Positions 38,567 through 48,700 of a DNA stretch of 64,000 nt are shown piece by piece. The DNA comes from Clostridia bacterium (GTDB taxonomy: Bacteria > Bacillota > Clostridia > Monoglobales > Firm-18): the NCBI GenBank assembly GCA_045654805.1, contig JAZOOD010000067.1, positions 2,147-66,146 of the forward strand, given 5' to 3'. The notes beneath the pieces were generated by a model. That model made no database searches. It was not told the origin of the DNA and saw only the letters and a list, made by a program, of their open reading frames with translations. The first letter of the stretch is position 1; every line of letters begins with the position of its first letter. A program made the position numbers and the translations under genes.

Positions 38567-39501
38567 TGGCTGATATGATTGCAACAAGAGAATCTTACGG
38601 CAAAGCTTTGGCTGAATTTGGTGATACATATGATATGGTTGTTATGGATGCTGACCTTTCCGGTTCAACCAAAACAGGCGTTTTTGCTAAAAAATTCCCT
38701 GAAAGATTTATTAACTGCGGTATAGCAGAAGGTAATATGATGACAACCGCTGCCGGTATTGCAACAACAGGCAAGACTGTTTTTGCTTCAACATTTGCAG
38801 TTTTTGCATCAGGAAGAGCTTTTGAACAAATCAGAAATTCAATCTGCTATCCAAACCTTAATGTTAAGATAGGTGCTACTCATGCGGGTATTTCTGTTGG
38901 TGAAGACGGTGCGTCACATCAGGCTATTGCTGATATGGCTGTAATGCGTGCATTACCTAATATGGTTGTAATAAATCCTGCTGATGATGTTGAAGCAAGA
39001 TGTGCTATTAAGGCTGCTATTGAGCATGAAGGACCTGTATATTTAAGACTTGGCAGACTTCCTGTTCCTGTAATATTTGATGAAGCCACATATAAGTTTG
39101 AAATAGGCAAAGGACAGCTTATTAATGATGGTAGTGATATTACAATTGTTGCAACAGGACTTATGGTTCCTGAAGCTATGAAAGCTGTTGAAATGCTTAA
39201 GGCAGAAGGTATCAGTGCAAGGTTAATTAATATCCATACAATCAAACCTATGGATAAGGATATTATTGTAAAGGCTGCAAAAGAAACAGGACATATTCTG
39301 ACTGTTGAAGAGCATTCAATTATTGGTGGTCTTGGCGGTGCAGTAGCGGAAGTTCTTGCTGAAGAATATCCATGCAAGATGACAAGAATGGGTGTCAAGG
39401 ATGTATTTGGACAGTCCGGTAAACCTTCTGAACTTTTAGAAATATATGAACTTACTGACAAACATATTGCCGCAAAAGTAAAAGAAATTTTAAGTAAATA
39501 A
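38566..39501 (+). CDS. Transketolase, C-terminal (pyrimidine-binding) subunit
   Basis: GIAEGNM and G.SHQ...D motifs; ATG overlaps the stop of the N-terminal subunit. Confidence 0.93.
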   Translation: MADMIATRESYGKALAEFGDTYDMVVMDADLSGSTKTGVFAKKFPERFINCGIAEGNMMTTAAGIATTGKTVFASTFAVFASGRAFEQIRNSICYPNLNVKIGATHAGISVGEDGASHQAIADMAVMRALPNMVVINPADDVEARCAIKAAIEHEGPVYLRLGRLPVPVIFDEATYKFEIGKGQLINDGSDITIVATGLMVPEAMKAVEMLKAEGISARLINIHTIKPMDKDIIVKAAKETGHILTVEEHSIIGGLGGAVAEVLAEEYPCKMTRMGVKDVFGQSGKPSELLEIYELTDKHIAAKVKEILSK

Positions 39502-39512
39502 TTGTTAATGAT

Positions 39513-39545
39513 AAAACCCTGTATTTTTTAAATACAGGGTTTTTG
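39513..39545. terminator. Bidirectional terminator between tkt and the convergent SLH gene (AAAACCCTGTATTT / AAATACAGGGTTTT)
   Basis: 14-bp perfect stem flanked by A- and T-tracts. Confidence 0.85.
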
Positions 39546-39552
39546 TTATATT

Positions 39553-42078
39553 TTATAGTATAGAATATAAGATTTTTGCAGCTTCGCCTTTAGTAACATT
39601 TCTAAGAGGTAATATTGTACCATCCTCATATCCGTTAATTGCTCCAAGTTTTATCAATATTTCAAAACCTTCTTTGGCCCAATCAGCAATATCACCTTTG
39701 TCTGAAGAAGATATGGTTTCTTTTTCAAGTCCGGATGGAAGTGTTCTTGAAATTATAGTAGCAGTTTCAGCTCTTGTTATACTATCAAGCGGATTTGCAT
39801 ATAAATATCCATAATTGTTACTTCCTTGTACGATACCAAGCTTATACAGAGCCTTGAAACTGTTTAATGCCCAATTTGGTATTTTATCCAAATCATCATA
39901 AGGTAGTGTTACGTTTTCAAATTCTGTAACATCCAAATCAAGATAGTTCGTAATCATTACTGCAAATTCTGAACGTGTCATTGATTTACCAGGATTAAAT
40001 TTTAAGCCTTGTCCAGTTATTTCGCCATTTACTATTTTTGATGAATACATATATGATAAAATGTCTTTTGCCCAATGATCATTTGTATCTATGAATGGAT
40101 TTTCATAACTGTTTTCTGTAATTAACGTTGTTGCAAAGGAAGAAAAACCTTTCGAATTTGTAACAAATACTGTTATTTTTAACGTACCGTCAGGTATAGT
40201 AGTTGTAGCAATACCATCTTTATAATCAAAATCAAGTCTTTTACCATCTGCTTTGATTATAATTTTTTCTTTATCAACAGATAATCCGTTTTTAATATTA
40301 ATATCAACTTTTAAATTTTTATCATTAACATCTATGTTTATGGTATTGTAGACTTCATTCAGACCTTTTACTGTAACAGGTATTTCGACTGTTGTACCAC
40401 CTGCTTTAACATAGATATTTCCTATTGTATCAAGTATATTGTCTGTTGCTGTAAATTTTCCGCCCTCTGTAATTGTACCAATTTCCTCATCACACCACCA
40501 GATAAAGCTTTTGTCAGTAGCAATAAGTTTATTATAACCGGCATATGCCTCAGCAGTTAATGTTATAGATTCTTCACGGTTAATTGTTATAGATTCTGTT
40601 GATGAGCCGTTGTTTTTTACAATTATATTTGTGGGATTAGCAATACATACTATGTTTGTACTGCCTTTAATATTGCCGGATTTTGCAGATACAGTTACCG
40701 TTCCGTTGTCATTTGCTGTAAATATTCCGTCTTGAGTAATTGTGCTTGTAGTATTCCCGTTTATTGTGTATTCTAAATTAGGTATATCAGTTGCATAAAA
40801 TGCAGTATCTGAACCCTTAGCAGTTATTTTTATTGATTCCCCTACTAAAACATAGGAGGTAAGCGGATATACGTTGATTTTATTTAAAATTCCTGTTGGT
40901 TTTTGATTATTTTTTAGGAATATAAAGTTTGAGACAGAACGTAATTTACCATCTGACGGACTATTTACTAGGGTTGTTACATCTTCCCCTGGAAATTGAA
41001 CAATATAGCTTGTTGAACCACCTCCATCAAGGTTGATTGCATCCGTGCAACCTAATTCCTTAAGTCTGTTTGCTAATGTTCTTAATTGTACTCCGTAACT
41101 GTAACCTTTTTGTCTTCCGTCAATTGTATAAAGAATTATTTTACCTTTATCTGTTATTCCGATAGCTGTTCTTGGGTTTGCACCTGCTTTGAAATCAGTA
41201 TTAACCTGATTATTTTCTATAAGCATATCGCCTGTTGTACCTATGCCTAGTTTAACGTCATTCCAACGGTTATCACCTTCAACACCAAACCTGATTTTAA
41301 CTTTTTCGCCTGCTTTAATCGATGAAATAAATTCAACATATTCAACGGGAGCATTACTATCTACTGTAATAACAATTTTATCTTCAGGTATTGCTATTGA
41401 ACCTTCATATTCATTTACTGATTCAACTACTGCACTAATTTCGGCACCTAATTTCATTTCTCCTTCAATATCAGTTAATATTACATCAATCCCCTTTGTG
41501 GTGCTGTGCGTCTGACTTGAAAAATCATCTGTCATCATATATATTGAATATGGTTGACGTAATTTGTTGATATTGTGAATGTGTGTTGAACTGCCGTCTT
41601 CTTTGTGTAATATCGAATATACGGTGAATCGAGACATAAAAGCAGAATTGTCTTCAAGTATTCCAATACCATATTGTGGAGTTTCGGTTTTTGTAATTAT
41701 CTTTCCATCGGAAATTATATTACTCATAGGAATACCTGTTTGTAATGAAAAATAGTCTGCATTTACTCCGGCAATGGGAGTTATACCTTTTTTTCTGATA
41801 TTTGATACTTCGTTACTTATTGTGTTAGTACCATAAAGGTAATCACCGTGAGTTAATATTGGTTCTATAAAGTCATTGGGAGTATATGTTATATAATTTT
41901 CGGTTTGTTGGCCTACTCCGCTTTGGTCACTGTACCATTGATTATGAGTAGATGAAGTTCCTTGCCCTATATCTATTGTATATCCGTCAATTAGAGTGGA
42001 ACCTAAAACAGATGCACTTACAGAGGAGGTGGATAGGGCAAATATTAATAAAAGTGAAATAATACGTGATTTTTTCAT
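39553..42078 (-). CDS. Cell-surface protein: signal peptide + phosphodiester glycosidase (NAGPA/DUF2233) domain + Ig-like (Big_2-type) repeats + three C-terminal SLH domains
   Basis: N-terminal MKKSRIISLLLIFALS..SAS signal peptide. AIG.T..GK...YTIDGRQ..YS.G..L..LA..L..LGC.DAINLDGGGST block. Three repeats of the SLH pattern (..D...HWA...I......G...G). Confidence 0.8.
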   Translation of the reverse strand: MKKSRIISLLLIFALSTSSVSASVLGSTLIDGYTIDIGQGTSSTHNQWYSDQSGVGQQTENYITYTPNDFIEPILTHGDYLYGTNTISNEVSNIRKKGITPIAGVNADYFSLQTGIPMSNIISDGKIITKTETPQYGIGILEDNSAFMSRFTVYSILHKEDGSSTHIHNINKLRQPYSIYMMTDDFSSQTHSTTKGIDVILTDIEGEMKLGAEISAVVESVNEYEGSIAIPEDKIVITVDSNAPVEYVEFISSIKAGEKVKIRFGVEGDNRWNDVKLGIGTTGDMLIENNQVNTDFKAGANPRTAIGITDKGKIILYTIDGRQKGYSYGVQLRTLANRLKELGCTDAINLDGGGSTSYIVQFPGEDVTTLVNSPSDGKLRSVSNFIFLKNNQKPTGILNKINVYPLTSYVLVGESIKITAKGSDTAFYATDIPNLEYTINGNTTSTITQDGIFTANDNGTVTVSAKSGNIKGSTNIVCIANPTNIIVKNNGSSTESITINREESITLTAEAYAGYNKLIATDKSFIWWCDEEIGTITEGGKFTATDNILDTIGNIYVKAGGTTVEIPVTVKGLNEVYNTINIDVNDKNLKVDINIKNGLSVDKEKIIIKADGKRLDFDYKDGIATTTIPDGTLKITVFVTNSKGFSSFATTLITENSYENPFIDTNDHWAKDILSYMYSSKIVNGEITGQGLKFNPGKSMTRSEFAVMITNYLDLDVTEFENVTLPYDDLDKIPNWALNSFKALYKLGIVQGSNNYGYLYANPLDSITRAETATIISRTLPSGLEKETISSSDKGDIADWAKEGFEILIKLGAINGYEDGTILPLRNVTKGEAAKILYSIL

Positions 42079-42117
42079 TATATATTCTCCTTGAAATTTT
42101 ATTCTACAACACTGAAA

Positions 42118-42146
42118 ATTATATCATACTAAATAGTGGATGTAAA
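42118..42146 (-). promoter_or_regulatory. Promoter of the SLH gene (minus): TTTACA (42146-42141), 17 nt, TGA-TATAAT (-10 at 42123-42118)
   Basis: Read on the reverse complement; extended -10. Confidence 0.55.
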
Positions 42147-42176
42147 TGAATGTATAAATGTTTAACAAAATATTAA

Positions 42177-43004
42177 TTATTTATACACTATTTTTCCAAT
42201 AAGGGAAAATAATGAAAAAATAATCAATTCCATAACGACAATGCTTGCTCCGGTAGGAGTGTTAAATATTACAGATAATATCATTCCAATGAAGAAATTC
42301 AACACAGAAATAATGACAGACGATATTATAACTGATTTAAAAGTTTTGCAAACTCTCATAGCTGTAAGTGCTGGAAATATTATAAGAGCAGAAATAAGCA
42401 TTGAGCCCATCATCTTCATACCGATTACTATTACAATTGCAGATAAAAGAGCAATTAACATATTATAAAAATCTGTATTAATTCCGGTAGCTTTTGCGAA
42501 TTTTTCATCAAATGTAACTGCGAACAGTTTGTTATATGTAACGAAATACATTAGTATGATGAATATTGAAAGAGTAATTATCATTGCAATATCTTGATTG
42601 TTGATAGCAAGTATGCTACCAAACATATAGTTGTAAATGTCTGTGTTTGCACCTGAGGAGTATGATATAAAAATAACGCCTATCGCAAGTGATGAAATAG
42701 ATATTAAAGCAATTGCTGAATCGCCCTTTATTTTGCTATTGTCTTTTATTTTTAATAATAAAAAAGCTGTAAAAATAACTACCGGTATAGTAAAATACAT
42801 AGGGGTAACCTGTAGTGCAGTTGCAACAGCCAATGCACCAAATGCCACATGAGAAAGTCCGTCACCTATCATAGAAAATCTCTTTAGTACAAGAGTTACT
42901 CCCAACAATGCACAACATAATGATACTAATATTCCGCCAATTAAAGCTTTTTGTACAAAATCCAATGAAAAAACATTTATAATGTTATTGAGCATTGTTT
43001 TCAC
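42177..43004 (-). CDS. Metal (Zn/Mn) ABC transporter permease, ZnuB/TroCD family
   Basis: 275-aa polytopic protein with family-typical GDGLSHVAFG-like motif; third gene of the SBP-ATPase-permease operon. Confidence 0.85.
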   Translation of the reverse strand: MKTMLNNIINVFSLDFVQKALIGGILVSLCCALLGVTLVLKRFSMIGDGLSHVAFGALAVATALQVTPMYFTIPVVIFTAFLLLKIKDNSKIKGDSAIALISISSLAIGVIFISYSSGANTDIYNYMFGSILAINNQDIAMIITLSIFIILMYFVTYNKLFAVTFDEKFAKATGINTDFYNMLIALLSAIVIVIGMKMMGSMLISALIIFPALTAMRVCKTFKSVIISSVIISVLNFFIGMILSVIFNTPTGASIVVMELIIFSLFSLIGKIVYK

Positions 43005-43698
43005 CCCTGATCAATTTTTTTGATATATCGTTTTTAAAATAATCGGATACATTACCGAAAAATAAAGATTTGTTGCCTAGATGGAGGATGTGCGATGCAT
43101 TCTCCGTGGCACTTTTAATATCATGGGTGACCATTATAACGGTGATATTATGTTCTTTATTCAAATGGTTGATTAATTTATACAGTGATTTTGTTGCCAC
43201 GGCGTCAAGTCCTGTAACTGGCTCATCTAATAGCAAAACACTTTTTGTTGCACATAATGCTCTTGCAAGCAATACTCTTTGTTGCTGTCCTCCTGATAAT
43301 TCATGATAACATTTGTTTTTTATATTAGTTATTTCGAGTAATTCAATATTTCTGTTTGCAATGTATTTTTCTTTTTTAGTATAGAATGGAAAGAATCTCT
43401 GACTGTTTACACATCCTGATATTACAACCTCATATACCGATGCGGGAAAGTTTTTTTGCACATCAGTATGTTGAGGTAAATAGCCTATTTCCTTTGAAAT
43501 AATTCCATTTCCAAATGATATCTTTCCTTTTTGGGGTTTTATAATACCTAAAATACCATTAATAAGAGTTGTTTTTCCGGAACCGTTTTCTCCTACAATA
43601 CAAAGATAATCGCCTTCATTAAGCTCAAATGATACATCAGAAAGAACTATATTCCCATCATATTGAAATTCAAGATTTTTGCAGGATATTAATGACAT
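42985..43698 (-). CDS. Metal ABC transporter ATP-binding protein, ZnuC family
   Basis: GENGSGKTT Walker A, LSGGQQQR signature, LLLDEP Walker B. Confidence 0.9.
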   Translation of the reverse strand: MSLISCKNLEFQYDGNIVLSDVSFELNEGDYLCIVGENGSGKTTLINGILGIIKPQKGKISFGNGIISKEIGYLPQHTDVQKNFPASVYEVVISGCVNSQRFFPFYTKKEKYIANRNIELLEITNIKNKCYHELSGGQQQRVLLARALCATKSVLLLDEPVTGLDAVATKSLYKLINHLNKEHNITVIMVTHDIKSATENASHILHLGNKSLFFGNVSDYFKNDISKKLIRGENNAQ

Positions 43699-44564
43699 TA
43701 TTTAAGTGCCTCCTTAAGATGTTTTAAATTTTGTTTCATAAGCGAAATATATGTTTCTCCTGAATTAAATTCGTCAATTGTTACATTATGACAGGAATGG
43801 AGGAGGAGCTTGTCTGCGGTTGTTTCGCTTTGTATTGTATCAGCAATCTTTTGGTTAGAAAATTCGATATAAAATACATATTCAATTGTTTCATCATTGA
43901 TTTTCTCAATTATTTTTGATAATGTCTGTACACTTGGTTCAGCTTCTTCAGAACAACTTGGAAAAGCTGAAATATAATTAAATCCATAATCATTCATAAA
44001 GTATGAAAATGGAAATCTATCAGCAAAAACTAATGTTTTATCAGCAGAATTAATTGCAAGGTTATTAAATTCTATATCAAGATTATTAATTTTTTCGTCA
44101 AACTTATTTTTTTTATCCTGATATTTTGGGTTATCTATTGTTTGATATATCTTATCTGAAATAAGTTTAGCATTCTTAACCGATGTCCATATATGTTCAT
44201 CATGCATATCTGGAATTGGATTAACAACATCAATTGCCTTGATTATTTTTGTTTTATCTGTATCTATAGAAGAAAGTATTGTTTCAACCCAGTTTTCGGA
44301 TTCGCCACCCGTATAAATAAAAATATCAGCATTTTTTATAGATAAAATATCCTGTGCTGTAGGGTCATAAGTGTGACTTTCCATACCTGGTTTTAACAAC
44401 ATTGTTACGTTTGCATCATCTCCGCAAATTTCCTTTGCAAAACTGTAATATGGAAATATTGTTGTTACAATTTGCATTTTGTCTGTTGTGTTATCTGAGA
44501 TATTACAGGCAGATAAATTAAATATTAAAATTATTAAAATAAATATTGAAATTGTTTTTTTCAT
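43698..44564 (-). CDS. Metal ABC transporter substrate-binding lipoprotein (ZnuA/TroA cluster A-I)
   Basis: Lipobox LSAC at the N-terminus, typical ..HTYDP.. and DEHIW motifs; first gene of the operon. Confidence 0.85.
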   Translation of the reverse strand: MKKTISIFILIILIFNLSACNISDNTTDKMQIVTTIFPYYSFAKEICGDDANVTMLLKPGMESHTYDPTAQDILSIKNADIFIYTGGESENWVETILSSIDTDKTKIIKAIDVVNPIPDMHDEHIWTSVKNAKLISDKIYQTIDNPKYQDKKNKFDEKINNLDIEFNNLAINSADKTLVFADRFPFSYFMNDYGFNYISAFPSCSEEAEPSVQTLSKIIEKINDETIEYVFYIEFSNQKIADTIQSETTADKLLLHSCHNVTIDEFNSGETYISLMKQNLKHLKEALK

Positions 44565-44603
44565 AAATTATAACCCCTTTGAATTCTAGTCCAACATAAA
44601 AAT

Positions 44604-44632
44604 ATTATATAACTTCGGTTATATAAAGTCAA
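44604..44632 (-). promoter_or_regulatory. Metal-transporter promoter (minus): TTGACT (44632-44627), 17 nt, TATAAT (44609-44604)
   Basis: Hexamers and spacing read on the reverse complement. Confidence 0.65.
44605..44626. promoter_or_regulatory. Perfect palindrome TTATATAAC-N4-GTTATATAA filling the -35/-10 spacer: candidate metalloregulator operator
   Basis: 9-bp perfect arms with a 4-nt centre, hand-verified base by base. Confidence 0.55.
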
Positions 44633-44670
44633 TAAAAAAGACTGCTGAGTGAATAACTTCAGCAATCTTT
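44631..44670 (-). terminator. Terminator of the mrp-like gene (minus strand hairpin + TTTTTTATT)
   Basis: 9-bp stem (one G-U pair), about 10-nt loop, T-tract, 7 nt after the stop. Confidence 0.6.
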
Positions 44671-44676
44671 AATGTG

Positions 44677-45501
44677 TTATAAAGTTTCAAGCTTTGCAAC
44701 GATTTCCTCAAGTCCTGTTGTATCTGCAGTTTCTATTGCACCGCCGTCACAAAGCAATGCAAGCTGTGGGTTAATTGGTAATGTTCCTATTGCAGGGATG
44801 TTGAATCTTTCTGCAATATCCTTAATATGGCTCTCTCCGTAGATGTAATGCTTTTCATTACAGTTAGGGCATTTAAAATATGACATATTTTCAACTATAC
44901 CCAAAACAGGAATATTCATCATATTTGCCATCTTAACAGCTTTCTCAACAATCATTGATACTAATTCCTGTGGTGAAGTAACAACAACAATACCCTTTAT
45001 TGGAATAGACTGAAATACTGTAAGAGGAACATCGCCTGTTCCAGGAGGCATATCTATGAACATATAGTCAACGTCTTCCCATATAACGTCTGTCCAGAAT
45101 TGTTTTACCGTACCTGCAATAACAGGACCTCTCCATACAACAGGGTCAGTTTCATCAGGTAACATAAGATTTAGAGATATTACGTCAATACCTCCAAAGG
45201 TTTTTGCTGGAATAATACCGTCGTCAGTACCCATAATTTCTGAGCTTATACCAAATGCTTTTGGAATAGATGGTCCTGTAATATCCGCATCAAGAATAGC
45301 TGTATGATATTTTTTGTTATTCATTGCAACGGATAAAAGGGAGGTAACCATTGATTTACCAACACCGCCTTTGCCGCTGACAACAGCAATAACATTTTTA
45401 ATATTTGATTTTGCATTGGGCTTTTCCAAAAAACTTTTTGGGTCTCTTTCAGAACAGTTAGCCGTGCAAGTTTCACAGTTATGTGTGCAATTTTCACTCA
45501 T
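44677..45501 (-). CDS. Mrp/NBP35/ApbC family Fe-S cluster carrier ATPase with N-terminal CX3CX2CX3C motif
   Basis: VVSGKGGVGKS deviant Walker A, CPNC..H motif; N-terminal CTHNCETCTANC. Confidence 0.85.
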   Translation of the reverse strand: MSENCTHNCETCTANCSERDPKSFLEKPNAKSNIKNVIAVVSGKGGVGKSMVTSLLSVAMNNKKYHTAILDADITGPSIPKAFGISSEIMGTDDGIIPAKTFGGIDVISLNLMLPDETDPVVWRGPVIAGTVKQFWTDVIWEDVDYMFIDMPPGTGDVPLTVFQSIPIKGIVVVTSPQELVSMIVEKAVKMANMMNIPVLGIVENMSYFKCPNCNEKHYIYGESHIKDIAERFNIPAIGTLPINPQLALLCDGGAIETADTTGLEEIVAKLETL

Positions 45502-45535
45502 TTCAAAAACCTCCGTGAATATTTTTTATATTAAT

Positions 45536-45564
45536 ATTTTACAATTTTTTTTAATATATGTCAA
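45536..45564 (-). promoter_or_regulatory. mrp promoter (minus): TTGACA (45564-45559), 17 nt, TAAAAT (45541-45536)
   Basis: Read on the reverse complement. Confidence 0.5.
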
Positions 45565-45637
45565 CAAAGTTAAATTTTTATGTAAATTATTATTGAGTTA
45601 CATTGTTAATTTTTGTCTTTTTATGTGCATTGTGACC

Positions 45638-45666
45638 TTGACATCATTGAATAATATTGATATAAT
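45638..45666 (+). promoter_or_regulatory. PFOR promoter: TTGACA (45638-45643), 17 nt, TGa-TATAAT (-10 at 45661-45666)
   Basis: Perfect consensus hexamers, extended -10, ideal spacing. Confidence 0.75.
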
Positions 45667-45742
45667 AATTAATGGCATATTATGTGCTTAATTTATTATA
45701 TATCTATTAAGATATTATATATTTGTAAGGAGGAAACGTTTC

Positions 45743-48700
45743 ATGGCAAGAAAAATGAAAACAATGGACGGTAATAATGCTGCTGCTTGGGCGTCATATG
45801 CGTTTACTGATGTAGCTTGTATTTATCCGATTACTCCATCATCTGTTATGGCCGAAGTAACAGACGAATGGTCCGTTGAAAAAAAAGAAAACATTTTCGG
45901 ACAGCCTGTAAAGGTTGTAGAAATGCAGTCAGAAGCCGGTGCAGCAGGTGCTGTTCATGGTTCTTTGGCAGCAGGTGCTTTAACAACAACTTATACTGCA
46001 TCTCAGGGATTGCTTCTTATGATTCCTAATATGTACAAGATGGCAGGTGAATTGTTACCATCAGTTATCCATGTAAGTGCGCGTTGCGTAGCTTCACATG
46101 CTCTTAACATTTTTGGTGACCATTCTGACGTTATGGCTTGTCGTCAGACAGGTTATGCAATGCTTTGTTCCAACAGTGCACAGGAAGTTATGGATCTTGG
46201 TGCAGTTGCTCATCTTGCAGCTATTAAGGGTAAGGTTCCTTTCCTTCATTTCTTTGACGGTTTCAGAACATCTCATGAAATTGATAAGATTGAATGCTGG
46301 GATTATGCAGATTTAAAAGATATGGTAGATATGGATGCTGTTAAAGAGTTTAGAAATAATGCTCTTAATCCAGAACATCCTGTACTACGCGGTTCTGCAC
46401 AAAACCCAGATATTTTCTTCCAGAACAGAGAAGCTTGTAACACATATTACAATAATGTTCCTGCTATTGTTGAAGAATATATGAATAAAGTTAATGAGAA
46501 AATCGGTACAAACTATGGTTTGGTTAACTACTACGGTGCTCCTGATGCAACAAAGGTTTTGGTTGCTATGGGTTCAGTATGCGAAACTATTGAAGAAACT
46601 ATCGATTATCTTACAAAGAAAGGTGAAAAAGTTGGTCTTATCAAAGTTCATCTTTACAGACCTTTCCCTGTTGACGCTTTCTTGAAGGCAGTTCCTGCAT
46701 CTTGTAAGAAGATTGCTGTTCTTGACAGAACAAAGGAACCTGGTTCAATTGGTGAACCTATGTATCTTGATGTATGTGCTTGCTATGCAGGTAATGCTGA
46801 CGCTCCAATGATTATCGGCGGTAGATACGGTCTTGGTTCAAAAGACACTATCCCTGCAGATATTATCGCTGCTTACAAGAACCTTGATGCTGAAAACCCT
46901 GTTAAGGGCTTTACACTATCAATCATAGATGACGTAACTAACCTTTCACTTCCAAGAGAAGAAAATCCAAACACAGCTGCTGAAGGTCTTACATCATGTA
47001 AGTTCTGGGGTCTTGGTTCTGATGGTACAGTTGGTGCTAACAAAGATTCTATCAAAATCATCGGTGACCATACAGACTTGTATGCTCAGGCATATTTTGA
47101 TTACGACTCTAAAAAATCAGGCGGTATTACAGTATCTCACTTGAGATTCGGTAAGAATCCTATTAAGTCCACATATTTGATTAACAAAGCTGACTTTGTT
47201 GCTTGTCACAATCCATCATATGTTAACAAATACGATATGGTTGACGATTTGGTTCCTGGCGGCAAATTCCTACTTAACTGCGCTTGGTCTGTTGAAGAGC
47301 TTTCAGCTCATTTGCCGGCTAAGATGAAGAAGTATATTGCTGAAAATAACATTTCACTTTATACAATCGATGCTATAGGTATTGCTAAGGACATCGGTCT
47401 TGGCAACAAAACTTCTATCGTACTTCAGTCTGCATTCTTTAAATTGGCTAACGTTATCCCATTTGAAGAAGCTGTTGAATACATGAAGGCTGCTGTTGTT
47501 AAGAAGTTCAGCAAAAAGGGTGAAAGTATTGTTAACATGAACCACCAGGCTATTGCTCTTGGTGCTGAAAATGTTAAAGAAGTTGCTGTTCCTGCTGATT
47601 GGAAAAACGCTGTTGAAGAAAACTGTGCAGAAGACAGAGATGTTCCTGCATTTGTTAAGAATATTCTTGAACCATGCACAGCTCAGAGAGGTAACAAGCT
47701 TCCTGTATCTACATTTATGGATATGGTAGACGGTCACTTGCCACAGGGTATGGCTGCATATGAAAAACGTGGTATTGCTGTTGACGTTCCTGAATGGGAT
47801 GTTACAAAGTGTATCCAGTGTAACCAGTGTGCTGCTGTATGTCCTCATGCTGCAATTCGTCCTATCGTACTAAATGATGAAGAAGTTGCTAACGCTCCTG
47901 AAGGTATGAAGATGAAGCCTATGACAGGTAAGCCACAGTACAAATTTGCTATGGTTGTGTCACCACTTGACTGTTCAGGTTGCGGTAACTGTACAAAAGT
48001 TTGTCCTGAAAAGGTACAGGCTCTTTCAATGAAGCCTCTTGCTTCACAGATGGAAGAACAAGCTATTTTTGCATATGGTATTAAGACATCTGTTAAAGAT
48101 GATGTTATAAACGCTCCACTTAATGTTAAGAATTCACAGTTCCGTCAGCCATTGCTTGAATTCTCAGGTGCTTGTGCTGGTTGTGGTGAAACACCATACG
48201 CTAAGTTGATTACACAAATTTGCGGTGACAAAACATATATTTCAAATGCAACAGGTTGTTCATCAATCTGGGCTGGTTCCGCACCTTCAACACCATACAC
48301 AGTTAACCACGAAGGTCACGGTCCTGCATGGGCTAACTCATTGTTCGAAGACAATGCTGAACATGGTCTTGGTATGGCTGTTGCAGCAAAACAGCTAAGA
48401 GCTCGTCTTGCTGAAAAACTTGAAAAGCTTGAAAATGCTGACGTTAAAGCTGCAGTTGCAGATTGGAAAGCAACTTACGAAGATATTAACGCAAACGCTG
48501 ACGCTACTAAGAAACTTGTTGCTGCTTTAGAAGCATGCGGTTGTGACTCTGCTAAGGAAATCCTTGATATGAAGGAATACTTGTCCAAGAAGGCAGTTTG
48601 GATCTTCGGTGGTGACGGTTGGGCTTATGATATCGGTTTTGGTGGTCTTGATCACGTTCTTGCTTCTGGTGAAGATGTAAACGTTATGGTATTCGATACT

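Noticed and set aside
45631-45646. TGTGACCTTGACATCA near the PFOR promoter as a CRP/FNR or Rex site
   Set aside because: The right half (CATCA) is not the complement of TGTGA (TCACA) and it does not fit the Rex TTGTGAA-N4-TTCACAA pattern. It most likely just overlaps the -35 hexamer.
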